64,000 nt of DNA from Allosphingosinicella sp. Its GTDB lineage: Bacteria > Pseudomonadota > Alphaproteobacteria > Sphingomonadales > Sphingomonadaceae. Positions 1-9,826 of this stretch are shown piece by piece. A model generated the notes under the pieces. It did not search any database and was not told the origin of the DNA. It worked only from the letters and a program-made list of their open reading frames with translations. The position numbers and the translations under genes were made by a program. Each line of letters opens with the position of its first letter. The stretch's first letter is position 1. The stretch lies in NCBI GenBank assembly GCA_036399655.1, contig DASWMS010000058.1, positions 19,043 through 83,042 on the forward strand. Direction: 5' to 3'.

Positions 1-121
1 CAACAGGCGCATTTCGCCGCGCCGGGAACTTGGTTTCAAAGGTTTCAGTGCCGCCCCGGCCTCTTTACGCATGTGTATTGCATGAATAGTACACGCCGCC
101 GAAACGAAGGAGGCCTCGACG

Positions 122-1222
122 ATGACGAGGAAGCTCAGCGCGGCGCTCGCTATGGCGCTGATGGCGGCTCCGGCCGCGGCGGCCGCGCAAGCCACAACCC
201 CCGCGGTGCCGGCACCGCCCGCCACGTTGCGCGCCGCTTCGATCCTGGCGGGAACGAAGGTGCCGAGCGTCGCCGTGGCGCGGATCGAAGGCGGGCGGAT
301 CGCCTGGGCGGGCGCCTGGGGCGAGCAGAGCCCGGGCGTCCCCGCGACTCTCGCCACTGTCTACAACGTGGCGTCGCTCTCCAAGCCGATCTCCGCCGAG
401 ACGGTGCTTCGCGCCGCCTCCGCCGGACGCCTGTCGATCGACGAGCCGATGCACCCCTGGTGGGTCGATCCCGATCTCGCCGCCGATCCCCGCCACCGCC
501 TGCTCACCCCGCGCATCTCGCTCACCCACCGCACCGGCTTTGCCAACTGGCGCCGGATGACCGATGGGAGGCTGCGCTTCGATTCCGAGCCGGGCACGCG
601 GGTCGGCTATTCGGGCGAGGGCTTCGAATATATGGCGCGCTACGCCGAGCGGCGGACCGGCACGCCGTTCGAGCGCCTTGCCGAAGAATTCGTCTTCGGC
701 CCCGCCGGCATGGCCGAAACGGCTTACACGCACCGGCCCTGGTTCGACGCGCGCCTTGCCCGGCCGACGGATGCGGAGGGCCGCTGGATCGAGGTGCAGC
801 GGCGGAGCGAGTACACGGCGTCCGACGAGGTCCACACCACCGTGCTCGATTACGCCCGCTTCCTGATCTCGGTCGCGCAGCGCCAGAATCTCAGCGAAGC
901 CGTCGCTGCCGACCGCGAGCGGCTCCAGGTCAGCATCCGCGACCGGCAATGCCCTCCCGAGCGCGAGGCCGTGTGCCCGAGCGAGGTCGGCTGGGGCCTC
1001 GGCTGGGACCTGGCGGTATTCGGAGCGGACCGCATCCTCTGGCACACCGGCGCCGACCGCGACGAATGGACCTTCGCCTATGTCGTTCCGCGCACCGGCG
1101 AGGGCCTCGTCATCCTCACCAACAACCAGGAAGGCTACCGCGCCGTCATCCCGCTCCTCGAGCAGGTCGGCACGCACCCGCGGTTTTTGGCGTATCTGAG
1201 GGCGCTGGCGACGGCGGGGTAA
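122..1222 (+). CDS. Serine hydrolase, beta-lactamase/PBP family, with signal peptide
   Basis: 366 aa; N-terminal signal peptide; SxxK motif (ASLSKP), YSGEGF, LGWDL and HTG motifs. Confidence 0.85.
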   Translation: MTRKLSAALAMALMAAPAAAAAQATTPAVPAPPATLRAASILAGTKVPSVAVARIEGGRIAWAGAWGEQSPGVPATLATVYNVASLSKPISAETVLRAASAGRLSIDEPMHPWWVDPDLAADPRHRLLTPRISLTHRTGFANWRRMTDGRLRFDSEPGTRVGYSGEGFEYMARYAERRTGTPFERLAEEFVFGPAGMAETAYTHRPWFDARLARPTDAEGRWIEVQRRSEYTASDEVHTTVLDYARFLISVAQRQNLSEAVAADRERLQVSIRDRQCPPEREAVCPSEVGWGLGWDLAVFGADRILWHTGADRDEWTFAYVVPRTGEGLVILTNNQEGYRAVIPLLEQVGTHPRFLAYLRALATAG

Positions 1223-1224
1223 TA

Positions 1225-1380
1225 TCCTCCCGGCGCGAAGCGGGGGGAGGGGGACCATGCGAAGCATGGTGGAGGGGTAAAAGGCGCTGGCTCGAGGGAT
1301 CGGGGGGCAACTCGGAAGCCGAGCCACTTACCCCTCCACCACCCTTCGGGTGGTTCCCCTCCCCATCTTCGATGGGGAGG
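1225..1380. repeat. Intergenic palindromic repeat (CCCTCCCC..GGGGAGGG family)
   Basis: cctcccggcgcgaagcggggggaggggaccat...ggtggttcccctccccatcttcgatggggagg between convergent genes; related copies near 16315-16484 and 26428-26457. Confidence 0.6.
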
Positions 1381-1384
1381 ATAA

Positions 1385-2737
1385 TTAGGCGTCCTCGTCC
1401 CGCGCCAGCCACTCCTCGAGCCACTTGATCGTATACTCTCCCGCGTTGAACTCCGGGTCCTTGATCAGCTTCTGGTGGAGGGGGATGGTGGTCTTCATGC
1501 CTTCGACCACGAACTCCTCGAGGGCGCGGCGCAGGCGCATGATGCAGCGTTCGCGGGTGGTGCCGTAGACGATCAGCTTGGCGATCATCGAATCGTAATA
1601 AGGAGGCACCTTGTAGCCGGCGTAGAGGCCGGAATCGACGCGCACGTGCATGCCGCCGGGCGCGACGTAATTCTTCACCAGGCCGGGCGAGGGGGTGAAG
1701 GTCTTCGGGTCCTCGGCGTTGATCCGGCATTCGATCGCGTGGCCGCGAAGCTGGACCTCGTCCTGGGTGACGGAGAGGCCCTCGCCGGCGGCGACGCGGA
1801 TCTGCTCGCGCACCAGATCGATGCCGGTGATCATCTCGGTCACCGGATGCTCGACCTGGAGGCGGGTGTTCATCTCGATGAAGTAGAATTCCCCGTTCTC
1901 GTAGAGGAACTCGATCGTGCCGGCGCCGCGATATCCCATGTCGGACATGGCGCGGCTGACGATGCCGCCCATGTGGGCGCGCTGCTCGGCCGAGATGACG
2001 GGGGAGGGGGCCTCCTCCAGCACCTTCTGGTGGCGGCGCTGGAGCGAGCAGTCGCGCTCGCCGAGATGAACGGCCTTGCCCGCGCCGTCGCCGAACACCT
2101 GGAATTCGATGTGGCGAGGATTGCCGAGATATTTCTCGATATAGACGGTCTCGTCGCCGAACGCGTTCTTCGCCTCGGAACGCGCCTGCATCATCTGCGC
2201 TTCGAGCTCGTCTTCCGAGCGCACCACCTTCATGCCGCGCCCGCCGCCGCCCGAGGCCGCCTTGATGATGACCGGGTAGCCCGCGGCGTTGGCGACTTCG
2301 CGCGCTTCCTCGAAGCCTTCGACGGGGCCGTCCGAGCCTGGGACGAGCGGCAGGCCGAGCTTGGCGGCGGTGCGCTTCGCCTCGATCTTGTCGCCCATGA
2401 TCCGGATATGCTCGGGCTTGGGGCCGATCCAGATGATGTTGTGGAGCTCGACGATCTCGGCGAAGCGGGCATTCTCGGAGAGGAAGCCGTAGCCGGGGTG
2501 GATCGCGTCGGCGTGACTGAGCTCGGCCGCCGAAATGATGTTCGGGATGTTGAGATAGGATTCGTTCGCCGGCGGCGGGCCGATGCAGATCGCTTCGTCG
2601 GCGAGGCGGACGTGCATCGCCTCGGTATCGGCCGTTGAGTGGACCGCAACCGTCTTGATCCCCATTTCATGGCAGGCGCGGTGGATGCGCAGCGCGATCT
2701 CGCCCCGGTTGGCGATCAGGACCTTCTGGATCTTCAT
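1385..2737 (-). CDS. accC: Acetyl-CoA carboxylase, biotin carboxylase subunit
   Basis: [60 protein letters not shown] motifs. Confidence 0.98.
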   Translation of the reverse strand: MKIQKVLIANRGEIALRIHRACHEMGIKTVAVHSTADTEAMHVRLADEAICIGPPPANESYLNIPNIISAAELSHADAIHPGYGFLSENARFAEIVELHNIIWIGPKPEHIRIMGDKIEAKRTAAKLGLPLVPGSDGPVEGFEEAREVANAAGYPVIIKAASGGGGRGMKVVRSEDELEAQMMQARSEAKNAFGDETVYIEKYLGNPRHIEFQVFGDGAGKAVHLGERDCSLQRRHQKVLEEAPSPVISAEQRAHMGGIVSRAMSDMGYRGAGTIEFLYENGEFYFIEMNTRLQVEHPVTEMITGIDLVREQIRVAAGEGLSVTQDEVQLRGHAIECRINAEDPKTFTPSPGLVKNYVAPGGMHVRVDSGLYAGYKVPPYYDSMIAKLIVYGTTRERCIMRLRRALEEFVVEGMKTTIPLHQKLIKDPEFNAGEYTIKWLEEWLARDEDA

Positions 2738-2766
2738 TGGGAAACCATCATTCTCTGGCTCACTCC

Positions 2767-2859
2767 GTCATTCCCGCGAAAGCGGGAATCCAGCGGGCAG
2801 CCGGCAAAGGGCGCCGCGGGCGGAGAGTCAGACTGGATCCCCGCTTTCGCGGGGATGAC
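2767..2859. repeat. REP-like inverted repeat (GTCATTCCCGCGAAAGCGGGAATCCA family)
   Basis: gtcattcccgcgaaagcgggaatcca...tggatccccgctttcgcggggatgac between accB and accC. Confidence 0.85.
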
Positions 2860-2882
2860 ATGGAGGGGGCTCGCGGCAAGCG

Positions 2883-3380
2883 TCACTCGACGATCACCAG
2901 CGGCTGGTCGAACTCGACCGGCTGGCCGTCCTGGACGAGGACCTGGACCACCGTGCCCGAACGCGGCGCGATGATGGGGTTCATCACCTTCATCGCCTCG
3001 ATGATGACGAGCGTGTCGCCTTCCTTGACCGTGCCGCCGGGCGCGACGAAGGGCCGCGCCCCGGGCTCGCCGGCCAGGTAGACGGTGCCGACCATCGGCG
3101 ACTTGACCGTGCCCGGATGGGCGGCGGGCGGGATGTCGGCGGCGGGCGCGGCGGGCGCCGGCGCGGCTGCGGCGGGAGCGGGAGCGGCCATCGGCGCCGG
3201 CGCGGCGACGGCCTGCGCCACCTGCTGCACCGTCACCTGGCGCTTGATGACGATGCGCCGGTCGCCGTCCTCGACCTCGATCTCGGTCAGGTCGTTCAAG
3301 TTCAGCATCTCGGCGAGCGAGCGGACGAGGTCGGCATCGACCCTCATGCCCCCGTTCGAGCCTTCTTTTTCCTTGGTCAT
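2883..3380 (-). CDS. accB: Biotin carboxyl carrier protein
   Basis: Ala/Pro linker, KSPMVGT, EAMKVMN biotinylation motif; upstream of accC. Confidence 0.97.
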   Translation of the reverse strand: MTKEKEGSNGGMRVDADLVRSLAEMLNLNDLTEIEVEDGDRRIVIKRQVTVQQVAQAVAAPAPMAAPAPAAAAPAPAAPAADIPPAAHPGTVKSPMVGTVYLAGEPGARPFVAPGGTVKEGDTLVIIEAMKVMNPIIAPRSGTVVQVLVQDGQPVEFDQPLVIVE

Positions 3381-3410
3381 TTCAACATTCCCCTGTTGGG
3401 GTGCGCATAC

Positions 3411-3851
3411 TCAAAGGCGGGCGGCCGCGTCCAGAGCAAGCTCGTATCCCAGCGCGCCGAAGCCCGCGATTGTTCCCCTGGCGGCGGCGGCGATGAAGCT
3501 CCTTCGCCGGAAGCTTTCGCGCGCCTGCGGGTTCGAAAGATGCACCTCGATGACGGGCACCGAGACCGACTTCACCGCATCGTGAAGCGCCACCGACGTG
3601 TGCGTGAAGCCGCCCGCGTTGAGGATCACCGCCTTGGCGCCGGTCGCCTGCGCCTCGTGCAGCCAGTCGATCAGATGCCCCTCATGGTTCGATTGGCGCA
3701 TGTCGACCATCAGGCCGAGCCCGCGCCCCCGATCCTCCAGCCGTGTGGCGATATCGTCGAGTGTGTCGGAGCCGTAGATTTCGGGCTCGCGCGTGCCGAG
3801 CAGGTTGAGATTGGGTCCGTTCAGGACGAAGATCACCGGTGGCGTCGCCAT
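3411..3851 (-). CDS. aroQ: Type II 3-dehydroquinate dehydratase
   Basis: [45 protein letters not shown]; classic aroQ-accB-accC order. Confidence 0.97.
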   Translation of the reverse strand: MATPPVIFVLNGPNLNLLGTREPEIYGSDTLDDIATRLEDRGRGLGLMVDMRQSNHEGHLIDWLHEAQATGAKAVILNAGGFTHTSVALHDAVKSVSVPVIEVHLSNPQARESFRRRSFIAAAARGTIAGFGALGYELALDAAARL

Positions 3852-3892
3852 GGTCCCGCCCTATATGGGCAGCGCGAACCAAACCCAAGCTC

Positions 3893-3966
3893 GTTCGTGC
3901 CGAGCGAAGTCGAGGCGCGCCGCACCGGCGCCCGCGATGCGCCCCTCGACTTCGCTCGGGACGAAC
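3893..3966. repeat. REP-like palindrome (CGAGCGAAGTCGAG / CTCGACTTCGCTCG family)
   Basis: ttcgtgccgagcgaagtcgaggcgc...gcccctcgacttcgctcgggacgaac. Confidence 0.75.
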
Positions 3967-3982
3967 GATGCGGAGACCGGCA

Positions 3983-4198
3983 TTGAGTGACGACACTTAT
4001 TCCATTCGCGTGAACGGCCAGCACCGGCGGGTGCCGGCAGGCTCCAGCGTTGCCGACCTCGCGCTGGAGCTGGGGCTCGAGCCGACGCGCGTCGCCGTTG
4101 AGCGCAATCTGGACATCGTGCCGCGCTCCACGCTTGCGCAAGTGAAGATCGAAGACGGCGACGACTACGAAATCGTCACCTTCGTGGGCGGCGGCTGA
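3983..4198 (+). CDS. thiS: Sulfur carrier protein ThiS
   Basis: TTG start chosen; 71 aa; VAVERN..IVPRS and C-terminal IVTFVGGG; near thiG. Confidence 0.93.
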   Translation: MSDDTYSIRVNGQHRRVPAGSSVADLALELGLEPTRVAVERNLDIVPRSTLAQVKIEDGDDYEIVTFVGGG

Positions 4199-4205
4199 AG
4201 CGCGC

Positions 4206-4694
4206 TCAGACGGTGCCGCGCAGATCGACGGGTTCTGCCGACGCGGGCAGGGGTACGCCGTAAAGGGTCGCGATCCGCTCCACCTCGTCGAAGGTCGTCC
4301 CGATCGCGGCCTCGGCCTCCAGCAACTCCTCGGCGGCTCGTCTGAATGCGGCGTCGTCGCCGCCACCCTTGGCCTCCGCCGCATCGACGACGGCCTCTGC
4401 CCGCGTCACGGCCTCGCCGAGCCGTTCCCACGCTGCGACATGCGCGCGATAGGCTCCCCAGAAATCGGCAGGAGCGCCGCCGCGGGGGATCGCCCGGATC
4501 GTGGCCGCCACCTGCGCAGGCATCATGTTGCCATTGTCGATGTTGTCGGCGGCGAGGATCCGCGCGATCTCGCTCCGTTGCGCCGCCGTGCCCCGCGACG
4601 GGGCGGCGCTCTCCTGTGCTGCGGCCGGAGCCGGCGCCGCGGCGAGGCTTGCGAAACCGAGCAGTGCCGCACCTGCGATGATGAAATTGCGCAT
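4206..4694 (-). CDS. Hypothetical secreted Ala-rich helical protein
   Basis: 162 aa with clear signal peptide (MRNFIIAGAALLGFASLAAA); GGAG RBS upstream. Confidence 0.7.
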   Translation of the reverse strand: MRNFIIAGAALLGFASLAAAPAPAAAQESAAPSRGTAAQRSEIARILAADNIDNGNMMPAQVAATIRAIPRGGAPADFWGAYRAHVAAWERLGEAVTRAEAVVDAAEAKGGGDDAAFRRAAEELLEAEAAIGTTFDEVERIATLYGVPLPASAEPVDLRGTV

Positions 4695-4812
4695 GTTTTC
4701 CTCCGCTTCCCAACCAGCCTAGGCACAGCGAGGCGAAAGTAAAGCTTACGCGGCGCGCTTCCTGTCCTATATCGCGGAAACGATCACATTCCTCTTCGAT
4801 GGACTCCAGGCC

Positions 4813-5622
4813 TTGAACGCAGAAAGCCGCATCGCCGTCGCAGGCGCCGCCAATGATGATCTCTGGACCGTCGCGGGGCGGACCTTCCGCTCGCGGCTGA
4901 TCGTCGGCACGGGCAAGTACAAGTCGTTCGAGCAGAATGCGGCGGCCGTGGAAGCGTCGGGCGCGGAGATCGTCACCGTGGCCGTGCGGCGGGTCAACAT
5001 CTCCGATCCGAGCCAGCCGATGCTGACCGACTTCATCGATCCCAAACGCTACACATACCTTCCCAACACCGCCGGATGCTTCACCGCGGACGACGCGATC
5101 CGCACGCTGCGCCTCGCGCGCGAGGCGGGCGGCTGGAATTTGGTGAAGCTCGAAGTGCTGGGCGAGGCCAAGACCCTCTATCCCGACATGCGCGAGACGC
5201 TGAAGGCCACCGAGGTCCTCGTGCGCGAAGGCTTCGAGCCGATGGTCTATTGCGTCGACGATCCCATCGCGGCGAAGCAATTGGAAGAGGCCGGCGCGGT
5301 CGCGATCATGCCCTTGGGAGCCCCGATCGGCTCCGGCCTCGGCATCCAGAACCGGGTCACGATCCGCCTCATCGTCGAGGGTGCGGGCGTGCCCGTCCTC
5401 GTCGACGCGGGCGTCGGCACCGCTTCCGACGCCGCGGTGGCGATGGAGCTGGGCTGCGACGGCGTCCTCATGAACACCGCCATCGCCGAAGCCAAGGATC
5501 CAGTCCTGATGGCGAGCGCGATGAAGTCCGCGGTCGAATCCGGCCGCCTCGCCTACCGCGCCGGCCGCATGGGCCAGCGCCGCTACGCCGACCCGTCCAG
5601 CCCGCTCGCCGGGCTGATTTAG
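4813..5622 (+). CDS. thiG: Thiazole synthase
   Basis: [48 protein letters not shown]-type C-terminus; TTG start. Confidence 0.97.
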   Translation: MNAESRIAVAGAANDDLWTVAGRTFRSRLIVGTGKYKSFEQNAAAVEASGAEIVTVAVRRVNISDPSQPMLTDFIDPKRYTYLPNTAGCFTADDAIRTLRLAREAGGWNLVKLEVLGEAKTLYPDMRETLKATEVLVREGFEPMVYCVDDPIAAKQLEEAGAVAIMPLGAPIGSGLGIQNRVTIRLIVEGAGVPVLVDAGVGTASDAAVAMELGCDGVLMNTAIAEAKDPVLMASAMKSAVESGRLAYRAGRMGQRRYADPSSPLAGLI

Positions 5623-5677
5623 CGGCACGCCCGCTCGCCGGTTTGATCTGAGGCTTGGGGAGGCGTATACCCGCGCC

Positions 5678-5923
5678 ATGACCCGGATCGTCACCAGCCG
5701 AACCTTCCGCAGCGGAGACAGCGAAGCCGTTTGCCTGCCGGAGGAGTTCGCCTTCGGGGAAGGCGTCGAAGTCGAGATCGTCAAGAACGGCGATGAAGTG
5801 ACGATCCGTCGAAAGAAGATGACTCCGCGCGAACTCGTCGAGGAACTTCGCAGGATTGGGCCCCCGCCGGGCGGTGTGCAGAAGCGCGAGCCGATCGAAT
5901 TTCCGGAGCGTCCCGGCCTTTGA
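5678..5923 (+). CDS. vapB: VapB antitoxin (AbrB/MazE-type)
   Basis: FRSGDSEAVCLPEEFAF N-terminus; overlaps PIN gene by 4 nt. Confidence 0.85.
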   Translation: MTRIVTSRTFRSGDSEAVCLPEEFAFGEGVEVEIVKNGDEVTIRRKKMTPRELVEELRRIGPPPGGVQKREPIEFPERPGL

Positions 5924-6315
5924 AGCCGAGTCTGCTCGACACGAGCGTGGCGATTTCGTTGCGTGACAACGACCCTGCCGTGCTGCAGCGTTTCTCAGCA
6001 CTGACAACGCTGCCGCAGATATCTGTCCTGAGCATCGTCGAGCTGCACGGCGGAGTTGCGAACGACCCGGATCCGCAGCAGCGCCGACGCCGCGCACTGG
6101 AGCGGATGATCGAAAATTTCGAAGTCGTCGACTTCGGCGAAGCACATGCCCTCGCTTACGGCCGGATCGTTTCGGCGCTCGGGTTTTCCCGGCGCGCTAT
6201 CATCGATCGCATGATCGCCGCACAGGCGATCGAGAGGGGCGTAACATTGGTGACGCTCAACCCGCGAGACTTCCTGCAGATACCGGACCTTGCTGTTGAG
6301 GATTGGTCTCAGTGA
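5920..6315 (+). CDS. vapC: VapC PIN-domain toxin
   Basis: LLDTSV, IVEL, DRMIAAQA, LVTLNPRDF..IPDLAVEDW PIN signature. Confidence 0.9.
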   Translation: MKPSLLDTSVAISLRDNDPAVLQRFSALTTLPQISVLSIVELHGGVANDPDPQQRRRRALERMIENFEVVDFGEAHALAYGRIVSALGFSRRAIIDRMIAAQAIERGVTLVTLNPRDFLQIPDLAVEDWSQ

Positions 6316-6352
6316 AAGATGGCTGCCGCCGAAGCTTCTCCTGAGTTTGCTC

Positions 6353-6377
6353 GGAACGGTCGTTCCTTCACCTAGTT
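6353..6377 (+). promoter_or_regulatory. Candidate EcfG/SigT general-stress promoter
   Basis: GGAAC-N16-AGTT 22 nt upstream of pcm-ere start; one mismatch to GGAAC-N16/17-CGTT. Confidence 0.4.
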
Positions 6378-6399
6378 GTTGAGCAGGTGAAAGGCAGCG

Positions 6400-8376
6400 A
6401 TGACTGAATTTGAAGCAGCCCGCGAGCGCATGATCGAGCGGCAGATCGCAGGCCGCGGCATCTCCGATCCGCGCATCCTCGCCGCCTTCCGCGCCGTTCC
6501 GCGCGAAGAGTTCGTGGGGGAGAATGCCCGCGCCTCCGCCTATGAGGATATGCCGCTGCCGATCGAGGCGGAGCAGACCATCTCGCAGCCCTATATCGTC
6601 GCGCTCATGGCCGAGGCGGCGGAGATCGGGGCGGGCGACCGCGTGCTCGAAGTGGGTGCGGGCTCCGGTTACGCCGCCGCCATCCTCGCGCAGCTCGCGG
6701 ACCAGGTGTTCACGATCGAGCGGCATGAGGAACTGGCGAAGCAGGCCGGCGCTCGGATGGAGGCGCTCGGCTACGAGAACGTCTCCGTCTATCAAGGCGA
6801 CGGCACGAGCGGCCTTCCTTCCGAAGCGCCGTTCGATGCGATCGTCTGCTCCGCGAGCGGGAGCCATGTGCCGGAGGTGCTGCTCCTCCAGCTCGAGATC
6901 GGCGGACGCCTCGTCATGCCGGTCGGCGAGCCCGACCAGGTCCAGAAACTCTACAAGGTGACCCGCGTCGACGAAGACGATTTCGAGCAGGAGGAAATGG
7001 GCGCCGTCCGCTTCGTGCCGCTGATCGGCGCCCATGCGTGGGACGAGAAAGGCGGGCGCTCGCGTGCGATCGCGGAGGTGGTCGCGGAAGCCGCCGAGCC
7101 GCTGCCGGATATCGACGATCCGGAGTTTGCGGATTTCTTCGACCGCTTCGGGAGCGCCCGCGTGGTCCTCCTCGGCGAAGCGTCCCACGGCACGTCCGAA
7201 TTCTACCGCGCCCGCGCCGCCATCACCCGCCGTCTCGTCGAGCGGCACGGCTTCGACATCGTCGCCGTTGAGGCCGACTGGCCCGACGCCGCCTCGATCG
7301 ACCGCTACGTCCGCCACCGACCTGAGAGGGAAGGGGAGGAAAGCCCCTTTTCCCGCTTCCCGACCTGGATGTGGCGGAACCGCGAGGTGGACGATTTCGT
7401 GCGCTGGCTCGCCGCACACAACCAGCCGCGGGAGCCCGCCGCGCGCACCGGCTTCTACGGGCTCGATCTCTACAATCTGGGCGGCTCGATCCGCGCAGTG
7501 ATCGACTATCTGGACGAGGTCGACCCAGAGGCCGCCGCCATCGCCCGCGAACGCTACGGCTGCCTCGCCCCCTGGCGCGACAATCCGCAGGGCTACGGCC
7601 GGATGGCGATCAGCGAGGGCTATGCGCGCTGCGAAGCGAAGGTCGTCCAGGTGCTCCGCGCGCTTCTCGAAAACCGGCAGGACTATGCCGCCCGGGACGG
7701 CGACGAATGGCTCGATGCCGCCGCCAACGCCCGCCTCGTCAAGAATGCGGAGGGCTATTACCGCGCAATGTATGAAAGCTCGGCCGAGAGCTGGAACCTG
7801 CGCGACACGCACATGTTCGAAACGCTCTGCCAGATCCTCGACGCCAGGGGGCCGGATTCCAAGGCGGTGGTCTGGGCGCACAACAGCCATATCGGCAACG
7901 CCGCTCACACCGAAATGGGCCGGCAGCGCGAGGAGCTGAACATCGGCCAGCTCGTCAAGGAACGGTTCGGCGAAGCCTCGCGCCTGATCGGCTTCGGCAC
8001 GCACACCGGCACCGTGGCCGCCGCCACCGACTGGGACGGAGAGATGGAGGTGAAGCGCGTTCGCCCCTCGCTCCCCGGCTCCTACGAGCGCGTCTGCCAC
8101 GATGCGGGCGTGCCGCGCTTCCTCCTCGACATGCGCCAGGGCGTGAACGAGGAGGCGGTGGAGGCCCTGCTCGAGCCCCGCCTCGAGCGCTTCATCGGCG
8201 TCATCTACCGCCCGGAGACGGAGCGCTGGAGCCATTATGCCGAGGCCGTGCTCCCCAACCAGTTCGACGCCTTCGTCTGGGTCGACGAGACGTCGGCGGT
8301 GACCCCGCTCCCCGGCGAGACCCAGCCGGGCGAGACTTGGCCGGGCGAGGACGACATGTATCCGTTCGGCCTTTGA
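6400..8376 (+). CDS. Protein-L-isoaspartate O-methyltransferase fused to erythromycin-esterase-family domain
   Basis: N-term QTISQPY, VLEVGAGSGY, GDGTSG, PFDAI; C-term LLGEASHGTSEFY, VEADWPD, WAHNSH, ERFIGVIYRPETE. Confidence 0.9.
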   Translation: MTEFEAARERMIERQIAGRGISDPRILAAFRAVPREEFVGENARASAYEDMPLPIEAEQTISQPYIVALMAEAAEIGAGDRVLEVGAGSGYAAAILAQLADQVFTIERHEELAKQAGARMEALGYENVSVYQGDGTSGLPSEAPFDAIVCSASGSHVPEVLLLQLEIGGRLVMPVGEPDQVQKLYKVTRVDEDDFEQEEMGAVRFVPLIGAHAWDEKGGRSRAIAEVVAEAAEPLPDIDDPEFADFFDRFGSARVVLLGEASHGTSEFYRARAAITRRLVERHGFDIVAVEADWPDAASIDRYVRHRPEREGEESPFSRFPTWMWRNREVDDFVRWLAAHNQPREPAARTGFYGLDLYNLGGSIRAVIDYLDEVDPEAAAIARERYGCLAPWRDNPQGYGRMAISEGYARCEAKVVQVLRALLENRQDYAARDGDEWLDAAANARLVKNAEGYYRAMYESSAESWNLRDTHMFETLCQILDARGPDSKAVVWAHNSHIGNAAHTEMGRQREELNIGQLVKERFGEASRLIGFGTHTGTVAAATDWDGEMEVKRVRPSLPGSYERVCHDAGVPRFLLDMRQGVNEEAVEALLEPRLERFIGVIYRPETERWSHYAEAVLPNQFDAFVWVDETSAVTPLPGETQPGETWPGEDDMYPFGL

Positions 8377-8382
8377 TGCGCC

Positions 8383-8408
8383 GGAACCGCAGCCGCATCG
8401 GCGTCGTT
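8383..8408 (+). promoter_or_regulatory. Candidate EcfG/SigT general-stress promoter of csbD
   Basis: GGAAC(8383-8387)-N17-CGTT(8405-8408), exact consensus match. Confidence 0.65.
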
Positions 8409-8469
8409 TCCAACACAGGTTAGCGGCGCCCGTTCCTTGCGTGCCGGACCCTGTAGAAAGGTACGCATC

Positions 8470-8637
8470 ATGGGCGAGATGACCGACAAGCTCAAAGGCA
8501 CCGTCAACAAGACGGTGGGCGCCGCCAAGCAGAGCAGCCCCGACCCCGCCGTGCGCGAAGAAGGCGCCGCCCAGAAGACGAAGGGCCACGGCCAGGAGCT
8601 GAAGGGCGCCGTCAAGGGCGTCATCAACAAGCTCTAA
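8470..8637 (+). CDS. CsbD-like general stress protein
   Basis: MGEMTDKLKGTVNKTVG..EG.AQKTKG..QELKGAVK pattern; 55 aa. Confidence 0.8.
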   Translation: MGEMTDKLKGTVNKTVGAAKQSSPDPAVREEGAAQKTKGHGQELKGAVKGVINKL

Positions 8638-8798
8638 GGCTGCACGCCGACGCGGTCCGGAAGCCCCCGGACCGCGGCCGGCGCTCGCCCGGCGCACCTG
8701 CGACCTGTCATCTCCCCGATTGACAGCGCCCGAGTAAGGGCAGAGCGTTGCCGCGCGTCTTTCCTGGCGCCTAAGCTCTACGGCCGACGGGGGAAGGC

Positions 8799-9287
8799 AT
8801 GGCGGGCACTGTGAGATCTCTGACGCTGGGCGAAGACGAATTGCTGCGCGGCGTCTTCGGCAACATGGTCGATCGTTCGCGCGTGACATTGCGCGCCGGG
8901 CCCGGCCGCAATCCGCTCGCACGCCTCGCGCTCCGGCAGGAGATGGTCTGGGCAATGACCTACCGGTCGACAATCCACTTCAAGCAAGCGCATTACTCGG
9001 ACGATTTCTCCGCTCTCGACGCAGACGCCCGGCTGCTCGTCCACGAGATGGTGCACGTCTGGCAATATGCGAAGCTCGGCCTGCCGCTCTTCGCGCTGCG
9101 TTACGGCTGGAATTACATCGCCTGCGACTGCAATCCGGAAATGACCTACAGGCATTCGGACGCACGTCACTTCAACCAGGCGACGCTCGAAGGCCAGGCA
9201 AGCATCGTGGAGCAATATTTCCATGGCGGCGCGGCCGACCCGGCTTTGAAGGCGAAGCTCGCGCAGACCGGTTTTTTCGGCCTCTGA
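8799..9287 (+). CDS. Small HExxH metallopeptidase-like protein
   Basis: LTLGE N-terminus, YSDDFS, LLVHEMVHVWQ, LEGQASIV. Confidence 0.75.
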   Translation: MAGTVRSLTLGEDELLRGVFGNMVDRSRVTLRAGPGRNPLARLALRQEMVWAMTYRSTIHFKQAHYSDDFSALDADARLLVHEMVHVWQYAKLGLPLFALRYGWNYIACDCNPEMTYRHSDARHFNQATLEGQASIVEQYFHGGAADPALKAKLAQTGFFGL

Positions 9288-9399
9288 TCCTGTGTTCAGG
9301 CGCGTGATCTAGAGCGGCACATTCGTCAGAGAGGCAGCCGAACCGGCCGGCTATCGTCGCGTTCGACCGCGTCGGCGGCCACACCTGGAGGAAGAATCG

Positions 9400-9761
9400 A
9401 TGCCCTTGTGGGTGCCAATCACGGCCGCGCTCCTCGGCGCGCTTGCCGGCGGATTGTTCCAAGCGCTTCTGCGCCTGCTGGACAGGCAGCGAGAGCGGGC
9501 GACCACCCTTGTCGCACTGGTCAGCGAAGTCGGCGTGATCTCGGAAATCGTGCGCAACGAAAGGTATCTGGAGAAGCTGGCCGCGATCGCCGGCGCCGTG
9601 GACAGCGATCCGCGGGTTGCTACCATTTCCGCACTGCAGATGAAGATCGACCGCTTTGCGATCTTCGAGTCGCTTGCGCCGAAACTCGGGCTGTTGGGGG
9701 AGACGCAGGCCCGAAACATAGTTCAATTCTATTCGCTGTTCAGATACGCCGTAGATGCGGC
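9400..9761 (+). pseudogene. 5' part of membrane-anchored gene split by IS1595 element
   Basis: N-terminal TM helix; frame reaches the TSD (GAT GCG GC) at the IS left end; track ORF to 9948 is read-through into the IS. Confidence 0.8.
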
Positions 9762-9826
9762 GGCAATTATATACTTGACGAAACACGACCCGGCCCTAAG
9801 GTGGTTTCAACGCCAAGGGGTTTTCG

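Noticed and set aside
122-1222. Serine hydrolase as a true beta-lactam resistance gene
   Set aside because: Motifs fit the broad esterase/peptidase-like family common in sphingomonads; nothing specific for class C beta-lactamase activity
3852-4812. TPP riboswitch upstream of thiS or thiG
   Set aside because: No CUGAGA-containing aptamer recognised; the hairpin at 3893-3966 is a REP-family copy
5995-8973. 992-aa minus-strand ORF, and similar long antisense ORFs (18967-21141, 29727-31838, 35909-38413, 48336-50087, 61792-63993)
   Set aside because: Antisense or alternate-frame shadows of well-supported genes, expected at this GC content; no motifs
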